Shown: positions 46,364 through 56,579, counted from the stretch's first letter. The stretch: DNA of 58,324 nt from a virus (IMGVR_UViG_3300003886_000004:1-58324); one strand, 5' to 3'. Made by a program: numbers and translations. The notes: generated by a model not told the origin, from the letters alone.

Positions 46364-47344
46364 TCAGAAGGTAAATGGTCCAGATAGATTTCTAGGAACC
46401 CCTGGAATAGATCTGAGGTTAGCTTCTTCTTCTAAAGCAAATCTGATATGGGTTGGATTCTTAGATACTTTTCCATCTTTATCCAAGTATACGGGTTCCG
46501 GTTCGGCTATCCCGCCAATGGACCCAATAGGTACTCGTGTGGCTCCGCTGGGCACGCCTACGGCGTTTCTTTCACCGGAGGGTAAATCCCCTTCGGGGTC
46601 GGTTGGGATCAATTCGTGAAGGCTCTTGTTCGGGATAGTGGTATACCAACCAATCACAGGGCCATCGTTAAACACGTCTGGTTTGTGTTCTTCGTAACTG
46701 ATGACAAAATCAAGGGTGTTTTTAACGTACTCTAAATCACCAGCATACCCTATTTGCCATCTCCAGGTATCCAGTTTCAATTGTCTTTTAGCTAATCCCC
46801 ACATCGGAAACTGATTAACCTTTTTACGCATTCTAGCACGATAACTTAGATTGATAGTTGCTGTATTAACTTCAATGCTGAGTGTATCATATTGATCTGA
46901 AACTGGTTGACTGGGTAACTCACTAAATGCTGTATTGACTAAGGGGCGTCCGTCTTTGTCTCTTGAAACGTTTTTGGACACACTTGTAAATGATCCAGTT
47001 ATCTTTGCCGGAATGTCTAAAGGGTTGTCGAGATCTTCTTGTGCTTGATTAGAGTTAAAGTCAGTTGAAAAAATAACAGTGACAAAATACCTAAAACAAG
47101 CTATTCCTCTGTATTTACAAGATACTGGGGAGCCAACAGTATACTTTCTTGAAAAGGCCCAAAAATCTGTAAAAGTTCCCCATTTATAACTTGTGTTGTA
47201 AAAAGGTAAATTTCCTGCACTTCCTACGTCATAAGGGCTTTCATCTTGGGTAGCGATAACCTGATACACATTGGTATATGTCCGGTTGAATTTTTCATCT
47301 ACACTAAGAATGGTTGTTTTTTCTTCTGCATTGTAAACAGTCAT
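46364..47344 (-). CDS. Distal tail/hub-like protein
   Basis: Directly follows the tape measure gene; NPLDIPA, PLVNTAF and PVYLDKDG motifs. Confidence 0.55.
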   Translation of the reverse strand: MTVYNAEEKTTILSVDEKFNRTYTNVYQVIATQDESPYDVGSAGNLPFYNTSYKWGTFTDFWAFSRKYTVGSPVSCKYRGIACFRYFVTVIFSTDFNSNQAQEDLDNPLDIPAKITGSFTSVSKNVSRDKDGRPLVNTAFSELPSQPVSDQYDTLSIEVNTATINLSYRARMRKKVNQFPMWGLAKRQLKLDTWRWQIGYAGDLEYVKNTLDFVISYEEHKPDVFNDGPVIGWYTTIPNKSLHELIPTDPEGDLPSGERNAVGVPSGATRVPIGSIGGIAEPEPVYLDKDGKVSKNPTHIRFALEEEANLRSIPGVPRNLSGPFTF

Positions 47345-50028
47345 TATGCTCCAGTAACCTCATTAGTTTCTAAGACGATAGTTGGTTGCATATTACCAGA
47401 TAACCAAGTTTCAATAAACCCTGATAAAGTGGTCATACTGTCGGATAACTCTTCAACCCCTTTATTCAAAATCTCTTTATTTTGTTTAGGTGGTGCTATG
47501 TTACCGCCGATGGTCACCGATCCTTCTTGACTGAGATCTATTGGGACAGTTCCGATTTCATTTTGCATTCGAGCTATGTCTTCAGCTAAGTTGAATTGGG
47601 TAGAGTCATAAGCTTCTCCAGATAATACATCTTTCAATTCTCTGGTTGCTTTAGTTACTGCTTGGATATTTCCTTTTGCATCTTTCATAGCGTCATTGAA
47701 AGTGGTTTGATTGATGTAACCTTTGTTTAACAGTGTAGTCAATTCTTTTTCAACTCTCAGTAATTTTTCTTTATCACTTATGTATTGTTCTGTGATTGAT
47801 TTTCCACGTTCTAACAGAGAGTTTTCTTTTTTCAGTGTTTCAAGAAGCCCAACTTTTTTGGTTAGATCTTTGAATTCAGTTGAATCCTTTTTTAATCCTT
47901 GATCATTTAATCCAGATAAAAGTTTTTCTCCTTCTGTCTGTGAAGCAATTGATTCTTTGTTGTCAATCGAATCTTGGTAAAGTTTTATCTGTTTATCAAG
48001 ATCTATATTAGTTTCTTTGATGGTTGAAGCTAGTTTCTTTTCTTCATTAGCAGCTTTTGCCATTGCAACTGACTTAGCTTCTAAAGCGTCGATCGATTCT
48101 AACGTAGCTTTTGTTTCTTCGATGATTGCATCTGATACGAATTTGTTTTCTAGTGCTTCAATTGTCAGATCATTGTTAGTCATTTTTAGATTGACTTGTT
48201 TGTCTAACAGAGTAAGTTGATCTCTCAGTACTTTCAATGATGCTTCAGCTTCCTCAGTATCTTCTTGTTTAGCAATTGGAGAACCTTTTTCATCTAACAG
48301 GGAAGAGAGAGATTTGTATTGTTCAAAAAGTCTGTCTCTCTCTTTTATCGCAGCTTCCAATTTTTGATTAGATTTTGCTAATGCCCCACCAGTTCCAAGT
48401 GCATTTTCAGTGAAACCTAAAAAGTTTAATAGTCCTGCTTTAGAGTCACTAAGAAAATTATTGAAGCCAGTATTTTTTCCTTCAATAGAATTGATTTCTT
48501 TATTGAGAGCAGATACTTGAAGGGAAGCTGATCTGAATTGTTTTTTGTATTCATCCATTTTAGATGAAATTCTATCATTATTATTCTGGTTAGTTTCTTT
48601 TGTTCCTTGTCCTCTTGCACCAGTTACTTCAGTTAAAAATTTGTTAGCTACTTTTGTTCGTCGGTCAGAAACTGCATCCAATCTGATTTTTGTTTCTTGT
48701 AATTCTCTGTTGACTTTTTTCCAATGTAATTGGTAAAGTGCTATAGCAGCTAGTATTGGGGCAGCAATATTCATCGACATAGCTGCATTGACAGCGGTCC
48801 AAGCTGCTACGTTGCTCCAAAGAGTTACTGTCATTGTTTTTATCCCTAACACTAGACCCCCGTGAGAAACAATCAATGCTGCATAACTTGAGGTCAAAGT
48901 TCCAGCTACAATCACTAATGTACCTAGAACGGTTAATACAGTACCTGAAGCTATACCTAAAAAGATCATTCCTGCAGCTAGATTTTTTACCCAAGCAGGA
49001 GAACTTCTAATCCACTCGGCTGTTTCTATTGCGATACCTAAAAATACTTTAGCTGTAGGGAGTAATTTTTCACCTATCGCTCTTGCAGTTAATCCCACGG
49101 TATCAGTAAAAGTGGACCACATACCTTGGTAAGTTTTAGCTTGTTTCTCCATCATGTTAGCAAACTTACCTCCATCACTGGTCATATTTTTTAGGATAGC
49201 TCTGACATCTTTGAATCCAACTTTACCACTACTGATGAATTCCTGTGCTTGACTCGTAGCTATTCCAAAGTGTTTAGCGATGTCTTGTAAAGAGAGTACA
49301 CCACGGGTAGACAATTGTCTAAAGTCCTGAGTGAGTAATTTACCTACTCCTCGAATCTGATTGTAGATGAGTCCAATCATACCTAAACTGGAAGATGTGG
49401 CACTAGCTGCATCACCTAAAATCTTCAAAGTGTCTAAAACCTCTTCTTGGGATTCCCCAAATTGAATCAACCCTCTAGCGGTTTGTTGGAGTTCAGGCAT
49501 CTCGAAAGGAGTTAATGCTGCAAAGGTTGTCAAGTCCTCTAGTAGACTTTTTGCTTTAGTAGCTGATCCAAGCATTGTTTCAAACGCTACTGTAGTTTGT
49601 TCAAACTCTCCTGCCGAACGTAATGCACCAATTCCTATAGCTGTTGAAGAAGCTAAAAGAATACTTCCTGCTAAAGCTAATCGTTTACCTGTTGTGATTA
49701 GTTTAGTTCCTAAAGTAGCATAACTTTCTGAAGATCTCACATTAGCTTTGATAGCTGCTTCGGTATTCCGAATATACTTATCAACCGATTTAGCAGCTTT
49801 ATCATACCCAGGTGAAGTTTTATCTAAACTGTTTCTCAAAGTTTCAAGTGAAGTTTTTGTAGATGCTGATCCAACCTTTGTCGATTTTACTATCTTATCA
49901 GCTGCTTTCTCAACTCTGGTTAATTCTTTCTCGGCGATGTTTGCTTGTTTGATAGCATTTTTTATCATCCCCTCAAACTGTCCAGCATCACCAACTAGTT
50001 TTACCAGTAACTCATCTACTTCAGACAT
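47344..50028 (-). CDS. Tape measure protein
   Basis: 894 aa, helical; FETMLGS...FAALTPFE tape-measure motif; hydrophobic segment; follows the chaperone pair. Confidence 0.92.
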   Translation of the reverse strand: MSEVDELLVKLVGDAGQFEGMIKNAIKQANIAEKELTRVEKAADKIVKSTKVGSASTKTSLETLRNSLDKTSPGYDKAAKSVDKYIRNTEAAIKANVRSSESYATLGTKLITTGKRLALAGSILLASSTAIGIGALRSAGEFEQTTVAFETMLGSATKAKSLLEDLTTFAALTPFEMPELQQTARGLIQFGESQEEVLDTLKILGDAASATSSSLGMIGLIYNQIRGVGKLLTQDFRQLSTRGVLSLQDIAKHFGIATSQAQEFISSGKVGFKDVRAILKNMTSDGGKFANMMEKQAKTYQGMWSTFTDTVGLTARAIGEKLLPTAKVFLGIAIETAEWIRSSPAWVKNLAAGMIFLGIASGTVLTVLGTLVIVAGTLTSSYAALIVSHGGLVLGIKTMTVTLWSNVAAWTAVNAAMSMNIAAPILAAIALYQLHWKKVNRELQETKIRLDAVSDRRTKVANKFLTEVTGARGQGTKETNQNNNDRISSKMDEYKKQFRSASLQVSALNKEINSIEGKNTGFNNFLSDSKAGLLNFLGFTENALGTGGALAKSNQKLEAAIKERDRLFEQYKSLSSLLDEKGSPIAKQEDTEEAEASLKVLRDQLTLLDKQVNLKMTNNDLTIEALENKFVSDAIIEETKATLESIDALEAKSVAMAKAANEEKKLASTIKETNIDLDKQIKLYQDSIDNKESIASQTEGEKLLSGLNDQGLKKDSTEFKDLTKKVGLLETLKKENSLLERGKSITEQYISDKEKLLRVEKELTTLLNKGYINQTTFNDAMKDAKGNIQAVTKATRELKDVLSGEAYDSTQFNLAEDIARMQNEIGTVPIDLSQEGSVTIGGNIAPPKQNKEILNKGVEELSDSMTTLSGFIETWLSGNMQPTIVLETNEVTGA

Positions 50029-50029
50029 C

Positions 50030-50422
50030 TTATTTACCCTTGGGTATTTTTGCAGGCTTCACAATCTTTTCTTTTGGTGCAGTTTTTAACCAACCTAACA
50101 AAGAACCTAACATGTGTTTTGAAGCTTTCTTCTTTTCCTCTTCAATAGTTTTCTTGTTCTTTTGTTTTTCAAACAGTCCAAATTTAAGTTTGAAATCAGA
50201 AAGTTTTATTCTTTTCGGTTCCTTACTTAATACTCTGGCTACTTGTTGGGCAATTTGCATCAAGTAGTAATCAGATCGATTAGGAACATCATACTGTTGA
50301 TTTATCCAAATGAACCAAGCAAGTATTTCATCCTCTGTATGTGTTTCTGTTAGAGATACAATAGACACTTTCAATCTATCAGCTACAGTAAAGTAGATAT
50401 TGAATCTCTTGATTAGTTTTTT
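50030..50422 (-). CDS. Tail assembly chaperone, frameshift extension (gpT-like)
   Basis: The -1 frame is open from the slippery site through KKLIKRFNIYFTVADRLKVS... into track ORF 50030..50374. Confidence 0.75.
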   Translation of the reverse strand, partial: KKLIKRFNIYFTVADRLKVSIVSLTETHTEDEILAWFIWINQQYDVPNRSDYYLMQIAQQVARVLSKEPKRIKLSDFKLKFGLFEKQKNKKTIEEEKKKASKHMLGSLLGWLKTAPKEKIVKPAKIPKGK

Positions 50423-50919
50423 GCTCGTTCCTCAGCAACTTCCTGGAAGAAAGATAAGAATGATTCAGGTAACTCCTTCTTTACTGATTCTTCATTGACC
50501 CAAGATTTCAATACTTCAAAGTCAACAGGAGAACTATGATCATTGAAAACCTCTTCAACCTTCTTGAGTGTCTGTTCGTCGTTGTCAGTATCAATGTTAC
50601 AAAGGATCTTGGCTTCCTCAAACAGTGTATCAATCATTTCAGAAGGCCAAGACTTTAGTACCGAGTTGGCTACTGACTTATTTGTCTTTTGAAGAGTTAG
50701 ACATGATTCAAGTAAAATGAATGGTAGTTCTCCTGAGTCTAAGATTCTTTTTGATCCGTCTGAATTAAATTGAATCGATTTCAATCGTGCATCATTGAAT
50801 CGAGAGATTGGTCCAGCGGTTGACTTTTTCAATGTGTACTTGTTGTTCTCGTAATTGACTTCGATTTCAGGGCGAGTACAGGATTCAAAGTCTAAAGTTT
50901 TGATTGTGTTGTTTGGCAT
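50413..50919 (-). CDS. Tail assembly chaperone (gpG-like)
   Basis: Between tail tube and tape measure genes; ends ...RAKN*. Confidence 0.8.
   Translation of the reverse strand: MPNNTIKTLDFESCTRPEIEVNYENNKYTLKKSTAGPISRFNDARLKSIQFNSDGSKRILDSGELPFILLESCLTLQKTNKSVANSVLKSWPSEMIDTLFEEAKILCNIDTDNDEQTLKKVEEVFNDHSSPVDFEVLKSWVNEESVKKELPESFLSFFQEVAEERAKN
50416..50422 (-). promoter_or_regulatory. -1 programmed ribosomal frameshift site
   Basis: A-AAA-AAC heptamer immediately before the stop; frame arithmetic links it to the downstream ORF. Confidence 0.8.
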
Positions 50920-50972
50920 CGTACGTATCTCAGTAAATGTATGTAAGAAATAGGGGGGTAATCGATTTGTAG

Positions 50973-51395
50973 TTATGCTACTACAGGAGCGGTTTCAACT
51001 GGTGGATCAGCGTCATTCAAATTGGTAGGTGAAAAAACTATATCCGCTTCAGGACGTTCACCCATTGTAAAGTCTCCTGGTTCAAAGATTTTTAGAAATC
51101 CCCAAAAGGTTACAGTTGATTCATCTGGTAACGTAAATACAATTTCTTGATTTACATTTATTTGACTTTGGATAGATCCTATAAGAGCTGAATCATATGC
51201 AACCCGAAGAGTAGCATCTGTAGTATCAACTAGAGTCTGAGAAGCGTAAGTCTTCAACAGTGTATTTCTCATTGTTGATAGATCAATCTTGTCTCCTCCG
51301 TCAAATCCTCCTGGTTTACCGGAAACTTCATGAAAAGTTACTCCAGACCCTGGAAAAGTAATTAAGAGCTTAAACCCATCTTGCAGTAGTGCCAT
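50973..51395 (-). CDS. Major tail (tube) protein
   Basis: PGGFDGGDKIDLSTM...FTLPDESTVTFWGFL; position in the operon. Confidence 0.75.
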   Translation of the reverse strand: MALLQDGFKLLITFPGSGVTFHEVSGKPGGFDGGDKIDLSTMRNTLLKTYASQTLVDTTDATLRVAYDSALIGSIQSQINVNQEIVFTLPDESTVTFWGFLKIFEPGDFTMGERPEADIVFSPTNLNDADPPVETAPVVA

Positions 51396-51406
51396 TGTTA
51401 TGGTCC

Positions 51407-51859
51407 TTATACCCTGTTAAGGGTTACGAGAAAGTTGCAAGTAAAAACATGGACGTCGTATTCAGGAGGTTTTCTACCTAACCTGATAACCGTAGTTGTA
51501 TTCACAATACTGTGTACGGTGTAACTAGTTAAAGAGAGAGTTACCTGAGTTAAATTGGTTGGAGTCAGTGATTCTAAAATTCGAGTACATAGATCAAGTG
51601 CTGTTGTAGGGTTTGGTCCTTCTACCCTTAATTGGACTCCGTGCTTAGTGAATCCTGTTCCGGTTCTCATACTCCTTGAACCCACTGTACCGGTTGTATC
51701 GAATAAAGAGACTTGTTCCTTTACCTGAGTTGAAACATAGTTGTAGAAGAGTGGCCAAGGTGAAACTACTGGAGGTGTTTCAGGAACTTGCATAGGGTTA
51801 CGTCCTAGATTGGCAGTCTCTAAGATCGCACCTAATATGTGGACAGGGGAGTAGATCAT
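51407..51859 (-). CDS. Tail terminator-like protein
   Basis: LFDTTG...GVQLRVEG...FTCNF; position in the operon. Confidence 0.65.
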   Translation of the reverse strand: MIYSPVHILGAILETANLGRNPMQVPETPPVVSPWPLFYNYVSTQVKEQVSLFDTTGTVGSRSMRTGTGFTKHGVQLRVEGPNPTTALDLCTRILESLTPTNLTQVTLSLTSYTVHSIVNTTTVIRLGRKPPEYDVHVFTCNFLVTLNRV

Positions 51860-52203
51860 CGTTTGGCCTCATTCTTAATGATTTGGGCAATCTCTTTCTT
51901 TTTTGTTCTTGCAGGTTCCTCTAAAAACTTAGCTTGTCCACCGTTAGGGTGATTTGCTGTAAGATCTTCATGAACATAGATTGCATACTCAGTTCCGTAG
52001 GACACCTCTACTTTTGGGTGTGTATCGTTTGTAGTTACGTCAGTTGTTCTTGCACTAGCTTTCAAGGTACCTAGATCAACTGGTACAAGTTTTTGACTTT
52101 CTCTTTGTAGGTAAAGTCCTGCTTTGACTAATCCTCTACGCATTGATTCTTTGTGTTTCTTTTCTTTTCTTTTCAGAGTGGCTACTAATTTGTCTACTTT
52201 CAT
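51856..52203 (-). CDS. HK97 gp10-like neck protein
   Basis: SQKLVPVDLGTLKAS...YGTEYAIYVHE...QAKFLE. Confidence 0.85.
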   Translation of the reverse strand: MKVDKLVATLKRKEKKHKESMRRGLVKAGLYLQRESQKLVPVDLGTLKASARTTDVTTNDTHPKVEVSYGTEYAIYVHEDLTANHPNGGQAKFLEEPARTKKKEIAQIIKNEAKR

Positions 52204-52523
52204 TAGAATACTCCTCTATATAGAGTTTCTTTAGTAGATACTGAATCACCACGTTCTGAAACTAGAATTCTTTTTGTATCTATTCTAGGGATACTGATAT
52301 CTATTCCCTGAGTGACACAAGAGTTTCTTTTCAATTCTTGGGTAGTTAGAATAGTTCCGTTAGTTCCAGTTTGTTGTCCGTCAGCATCGACTATGACGTT
52401 GTTTGATTCTTGAATTCGACAGTTAAGAACAATAGGATTTTCATAGATTGGATTACCTTCTCGATCTTCACTTTTGAATTCCCAATAAACACATTTTTGA
52501 TTCAGTAATCTTTTAAGCATCAT
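52203..52523 (-). CDS. Head-closure (stopper)-like protein
   Basis: NQKCVYW...DREGNP...LNCR; position in the operon. Confidence 0.6.
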   Translation of the reverse strand: MMLKRLLNQKCVYWEFKSEDREGNPIYENPIVLNCRIQESNNVIVDADGQQTGTNGTILTTQELKRNSCVTQGIDISIPRIDTKRILVSERGDSVSTKETLYRGVF

Positions 52524-54822
52524 GATTACCCATTGATTTAAGGACAGTACAGGTACCATTGAGGAACGTTCTAACTCTACTTCCTGGGAATAGGGCTTCT
52601 ACGTCCCATCCGTACAGACCATGCTCTACGACTAATTCTTCATTGGTGATTTCTATGACAACGTTATATTCATTGAGAGTGCCTGTAGGTGTGGCGGTTG
52701 CTGTTCCCTCGAAAGCTATGTTATCTTTAAACCTATCTGTTCCGGTATTCCTTGTGGCTCCAAAGCGTATAGATACAGCTTCAGTTAGGTCTATCTCGGT
52801 GATGACTATGATTGGTCCGATTGGTCCTGCTTCCGAACCCACACTGTAGTCATCGCTTTGGGTTATCTCAAAGTATGGTCCTGTTTCAATTTCGGGAAAT
52901 TGAGACGACAACACAACAACATCGTTCGTAGGTGTGTTTGTCAGTGAATCACTTGTAAAGACATACACAGAAGCGACTAGATCAGTTAAATCATCGAGAA
53001 TTGTATTTGAGATAATGAGATTAGTTAACACTTCACCTACTGTAGATGCCCCTAAAATTTGGGTTAAGTCCAGTCCCATTGTTCCTTGTGCTGACACGTC
53101 TAAGTCTTCAAAATTAACAGGCAATGAAGCTGCATACGCTACACTGGTTAAAAGAGATGATATGTCGGTTTGAGAAGCAATTCTCGAAGGTGTGTCAGTT
53201 TCTACTTCTTCAGTTAATCCTCTAGTTGAGTATTCCCAAATTGCTTGAGGAGTTAATGCAGCTCCAGCAACTCCAACATCTTCTATAGTTTTGGTTGGGG
53301 TAACTACATCAAAGAAGTAGTCAAATCCAGAAGGTACATTATTTGACAGTGTAGTTCCTCCAATAGCTATGAGGTTTACATCTAACCCATTAGCAGTGTA
53401 AGACATTTGATCAGTATTGACTTTAATCGCGTTTATATCAATTGTGTGGTCTATGTATCCAATGGTGGGTAGTCGAGTAGATACAGCTACGTCTAAGAAA
53501 TTCAGCGTAGAGGCCATATTTACAGGGATTCTATTTTCTAAGTCATCGACAAAATTGATGACCATATCCAATTTACTCACAGCAACATTTTCAGTGTAGT
53601 CTCGGTGAGCTTCTTGTGAATCGTTTGATTCTGAGTAAGCTCCCCCACTGATGTTTATCTCTGTTAGTGCGGTTGCATTTGCTGTATCCTTTCTTACGAA
53701 TGAACGAAGCCAAGAGGCTAGGCTAGTGATACCTGAAAGGATCGTTTCGATTGCTGTTACTCTTGTGAGTGTAGTAGCTGGATTCGTTTGAAACTTGATG
53801 TCTGTTAGAGATCCGTTAGTGATTGCACTGCTTGTGATTGAGTTGGTGGCAAACGAGGCGGAAACGATCCCATCAGCAATGATTGTTACCCCAGTAGATG
53901 ATGGATCAAACGTAGATGTGTTGCTTAGGACTTCGTCTATTGATCCAGCCGACGGCGGTCCTGCCGAAGGTGCTAGCTTCATTGCGTCACGCAATTGTTG
54001 ATCAGTTAAACCCCCTCCGCTTGAAGGAGCTTCATTCAACGCAGCCGCTGTGAAACGATACGTCCCAGCATTGTCTTCCAGTGTGTCGTCTAGTTTTTCA
54101 CTTGTAGTGGTGAGTGTATCCATGTCAGTGATCAACGAATCAATGAGTAAATCTATTCGCCCTCCGTCTTCTAAATCATCTTGTACTAGACTGATAGAAG
54201 TTAGAGATACTTGCAAAAGGGTACTATGGCCACTCACTATGGTTTCCGTACTATCTAATTGCGTAGCTATAACTGTTAGGTCAGACCATTCGGGATCGGC
54301 TTTCAATGCTGTGATGATGGCAGTGAAGAAGGCAGGTGAAAAATGTGTGTCAGTAATACCTAAGTTGGCAATCGTATCGAAATCAATTATACCAGGATTC
54401 ATGGATCCAACAGTTACTGGATCATTATCCGGGTCAAATTGAGATACGGCAGACAATCCAAGTACAGTGTTGTCTGTAGGATCATAAGCGATTACTGGAT
54501 GAGGCACCCCCTCAATTACTCCTCCTGTGTAACTGCCTTTGACACTTATCGATGGTACTTGTGTAGTGGTAACTGAATCAGGTAGATCGAGTGTGTATAG
54601 ATTGCCGGACACCTGACGTATTGCACCGTTGGAGTGCGGGGAGTTATCTGCTACCTTAGCTGATAATGTGATGCCTGAGATTTCAACGGCACCAACTCGA
54701 AACACTGTGATTGCAATACCTGCTTCGTTGAAAACCAAGTTGGTCTTTGCTGTACCGTCATCCTCGAAAGCTCGGAAAAAAGCTATTTGATCTGGAACGG
54801 ATACTCGTAATGCGTGGCTCAT
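52513..54822 (-). CDS. Large acidic virion structural/fibre protein
   Basis: 769 aa, Thr/Asp-rich; FLDVAVSTR and AIWEYSTRGLT motifs; C-terminal BppU-like segment (IDLT...YGWDVEA...FLNGT). Confidence 0.6.
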   Translation of the reverse strand: MSHALRVSVPDQIAFFRAFEDDGTAKTNLVFNEAGIAITVFRVGAVEISGITLSAKVADNSPHSNGAIRQVSGNLYTLDLPDSVTTTQVPSISVKGSYTGGVIEGVPHPVIAYDPTDNTVLGLSAVSQFDPDNDPVTVGSMNPGIIDFDTIANLGITDTHFSPAFFTAIITALKADPEWSDLTVIATQLDSTETIVSGHSTLLQVSLTSISLVQDDLEDGGRIDLLIDSLITDMDTLTTTSEKLDDTLEDNAGTYRFTAAALNEAPSSGGGLTDQQLRDAMKLAPSAGPPSAGSIDEVLSNTSTFDPSSTGVTIIADGIVSASFATNSITSSAITNGSLTDIKFQTNPATTLTRVTAIETILSGITSLASWLRSFVRKDTANATALTEINISGGAYSESNDSQEAHRDYTENVAVSKLDMVINFVDDLENRIPVNMASTLNFLDVAVSTRLPTIGYIDHTIDINAIKVNTDQMSYTANGLDVNLIAIGGTTLSNNVPSGFDYFFDVVTPTKTIEDVGVAGAALTPQAIWEYSTRGLTEEVETDTPSRIASQTDISSLLTSVAYAASLPVNFEDLDVSAQGTMGLDLTQILGASTVGEVLTNLIISNTILDDLTDLVASVYVFTSDSLTNTPTNDVVVLSSQFPEIETGPYFEITQSDDYSVGSEAGPIGPIIVITEIDLTEAVSIRFGATRNTGTDRFKDNIAFEGTATATPTGTLNEYNVVIEITNEELVVEHGLYGWDVEALFPGSRVRTFLNGTCTVLKSMGNHDA

Positions 54823-55355
54823 AGCACTCCTCCTGCTTGTGATTGACGACGTCGCCGAGAATCAGTAGATGGTGGTCTGTAATAGAAGTTGGCTCGAATA
54901 GAACTGACAAAAGCGGTGACTTCTTCTTTGATTTCTGAGTTAGCAATTATCTCAACGGTTAGCAATGCGAGAGAAGCCTCTGTTAGCCCGACGAGTCCTG
55001 CTGTGTTTGTGGGTCCGCCATAAATAATGACTTCACTACTGGTTCCCCAATCAGGTACTTTGGCCATGTTTAAGGAAAACGTACCTCCAATCCTCAATCG
55101 GATTGTGTTGTCTACTACCCCGATTACTGATGCGTATCGAATGACTTCGATTTCAACACCAATAACGGATGACTCTTCTACAATGGGATTTCCGTAGTCG
55201 CTGGCCCATAATCGATCTGATGCAACTACTTTATCGAAAAACGATGTGGATTCACCACTGACTTGCCCAACATTTTCGGGATTGGCCCATGGATCTACAA
55301 ATCCATTATCCTCGGAAGTTTGAGACAGCGAGTATAGATAACCAGTGTTAGGCAT
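54819..55355 (-). CDS. Putative virion protein
   Basis: WANPEN, VIGVEIEV and YGGPTN motifs; coupled in the operon. Confidence 0.55.
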   Translation of the reverse strand: MPNTGYLYSLSQTSEDNGFVDPWANPENVGQVSGESTSFFDKVVASDRLWASDYGNPIVEESSVIGVEIEVIRYASVIGVVDNTIRLRIGGTFSLNMAKVPDWGTSSEVIIYGGPTNTAGLVGLTEASLALLTVEIIANSEIKEEVTAFVSSIRANFYYRPPSTDSRRRRQSQAGGVL

Positions 55356-55788
55356 CTTTGTCCCTCGTTATTGATTGCAAATCAAAATCAGGAACTTCAC
55401 TCGCAGCCTCGATTAAAATTGAATCTTCTTTGGGGGTTAAAGTAGTACATCGTAAGTACAGCCGTGCCGACTGTCGTGGACATAGTGCAGTTACGTTCCG
55501 TGTTAATATGTCATTCAATTTCTGATTCATGAATTCTCCACATACAACACGTAGGATACAAGACCAGAGAGGTGGGTGATCTCTCAGGTTTGTCCAAGCA
55601 TCAATAAGTGATAAGTTTCGTTTCTGACCACCCCACGAAGCGAATTGACAGGGTTTTACTAAGCAATTTTCGTACGCCGTTCCAGAGGTTAGTGCATCTA
55701 AATCAAGGTTGTTTTCATATAATTCAGCGGAAAACCTATCGTCGCGAATGAATGTACCTAGTATATCAGTTTGAACGTAGATTTTCAT
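55348..55788 (-). CDS. Hypothetical protein
   Basis: Coupled ORF. Confidence 0.5.
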   Translation of the reverse strand: MKIYVQTDILGTFIRDDRFSAELYENNLDLDALTSGTAYENCLVKPCQFASWGGQKRNLSLIDAWTNLRDHPPLWSCILRVVCGEFMNQKLNDILTRNVTALCPRQSARLYLRCTTLTPKEDSILIEAASEVPDFDLQSITRDKDA

Positions 55789-56180
55789 ATTGATCCTGAC
55801 TTGTAATTGTTAGTTTTAGGTGAAGTGCCAACCCAATCGATCGTTGATGCTCCTTTAGCTTGGTTAGCTAGAGACCCCGTAGAATCCAATATAAGGGCTT
55901 GTTGACCGTATAGGGTTGCTTCTAGTCCCGTTCCCACGGAACCCGTTAGAAGGCTTTGTGAAGCCCCTAAAACGCTTTCACTAGATACTTGTGGGTTCCG
56001 TATGGTGTAAAAGTGAGCGGATAGCCATCGTTCGATTAATTCCAAGGTTATACTGTCATCCTTTGATCCTCCAGTTACTAACCTGGTAACTAATACATTT
56101 GCAGTAGCTATAGCAGTTGATACACTAGCTTCAGGATCTTCCAAGAGATCTTTGACTTGGGATTCAGTAGTTCTCGACAT
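55785..56180 (-). CDS. Head-tail adaptor (DUF4054/gp15-like)
   Basis: LELIERWLSAHF...GLEATLYGQQALILD; start moved to MSRTTE. Confidence 0.75.
   Translation of the reverse strand: MSRTTESQVKDLLEDPEASVSTAIATANVLVTRLVTGGSKDDSITLELIERWLSAHFYTIRNPQVSSESVLGASQSLLTGSVGTGLEATLYGQQALILDSTGSLANQAKGASTIDWVGTSPKTNNYKSGSI
55870..55990. repeat. Helically phased element, copy 6
   Basis: cgttagaaggctttgtga at 55944 versus cgttagaagggttgtga at 43101; gaagcccct shared with copy 4. Confidence 0.5.
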
Positions 56181-56184
56181 CAAA

Positions 56185-56493
56185 CTATCCTGTAAAAAGT
56201 TGAAAGAGTAAATTTGAACTACCTGAGAAACTAGACGTAACTGCTCGATACAATAACCCTGAAGAAACTTGAACTCCTCCATTAGCTGTAAATACAACTT
56301 GGGTAGTTTGATTTCCTATAGTGACAGGGAACCAATTTATTCCATCTAAAGAAGCCTCTAATAATACTTGCGTTGAACCTCCCCATACAGTAGCAACTAC
56401 TACTGCGTTCAAAAGTTTAGAGGTTCTGTTTTTCTCAACCTCTCCAAGAGAAGTTGAATTGCCGGCAGTTAAAATTGTTTGTTCATATCTCAT
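56185..56493 (-). CDS. Small beta-sandwich virion protein
   Basis: VLLEASLDGINWF motif. Confidence 0.6.
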   Translation of the reverse strand: MRYEQTILTAGNSTSLGEVEKNRTSKLLNAVVVATVWGGSTQVLLEASLDGINWFPVTIGNQTTQVVFTANGGVQVSSGLLYRAVTSSFSGSSNLLFQLFTG

Positions 56494-56579
56494 CAGGTAT
56501 CTTTCGTTGTTACTACTGTTACGTTTTTCACATCAACATATCTTGGTGGGTTAGTACCTTGTACATCAGTGTTGCTCAT
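56493..56579 (-). CDS. Possible 28-aa ORF
   Basis: MSNTDVQGTNPPRYVDVKNVTVVTTKDT*; TGATG-coupled to the next gene. Confidence 0.3.
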   Translation of the reverse strand: MSNTDVQGTNPPRYVDVKNVTVVTTKDT

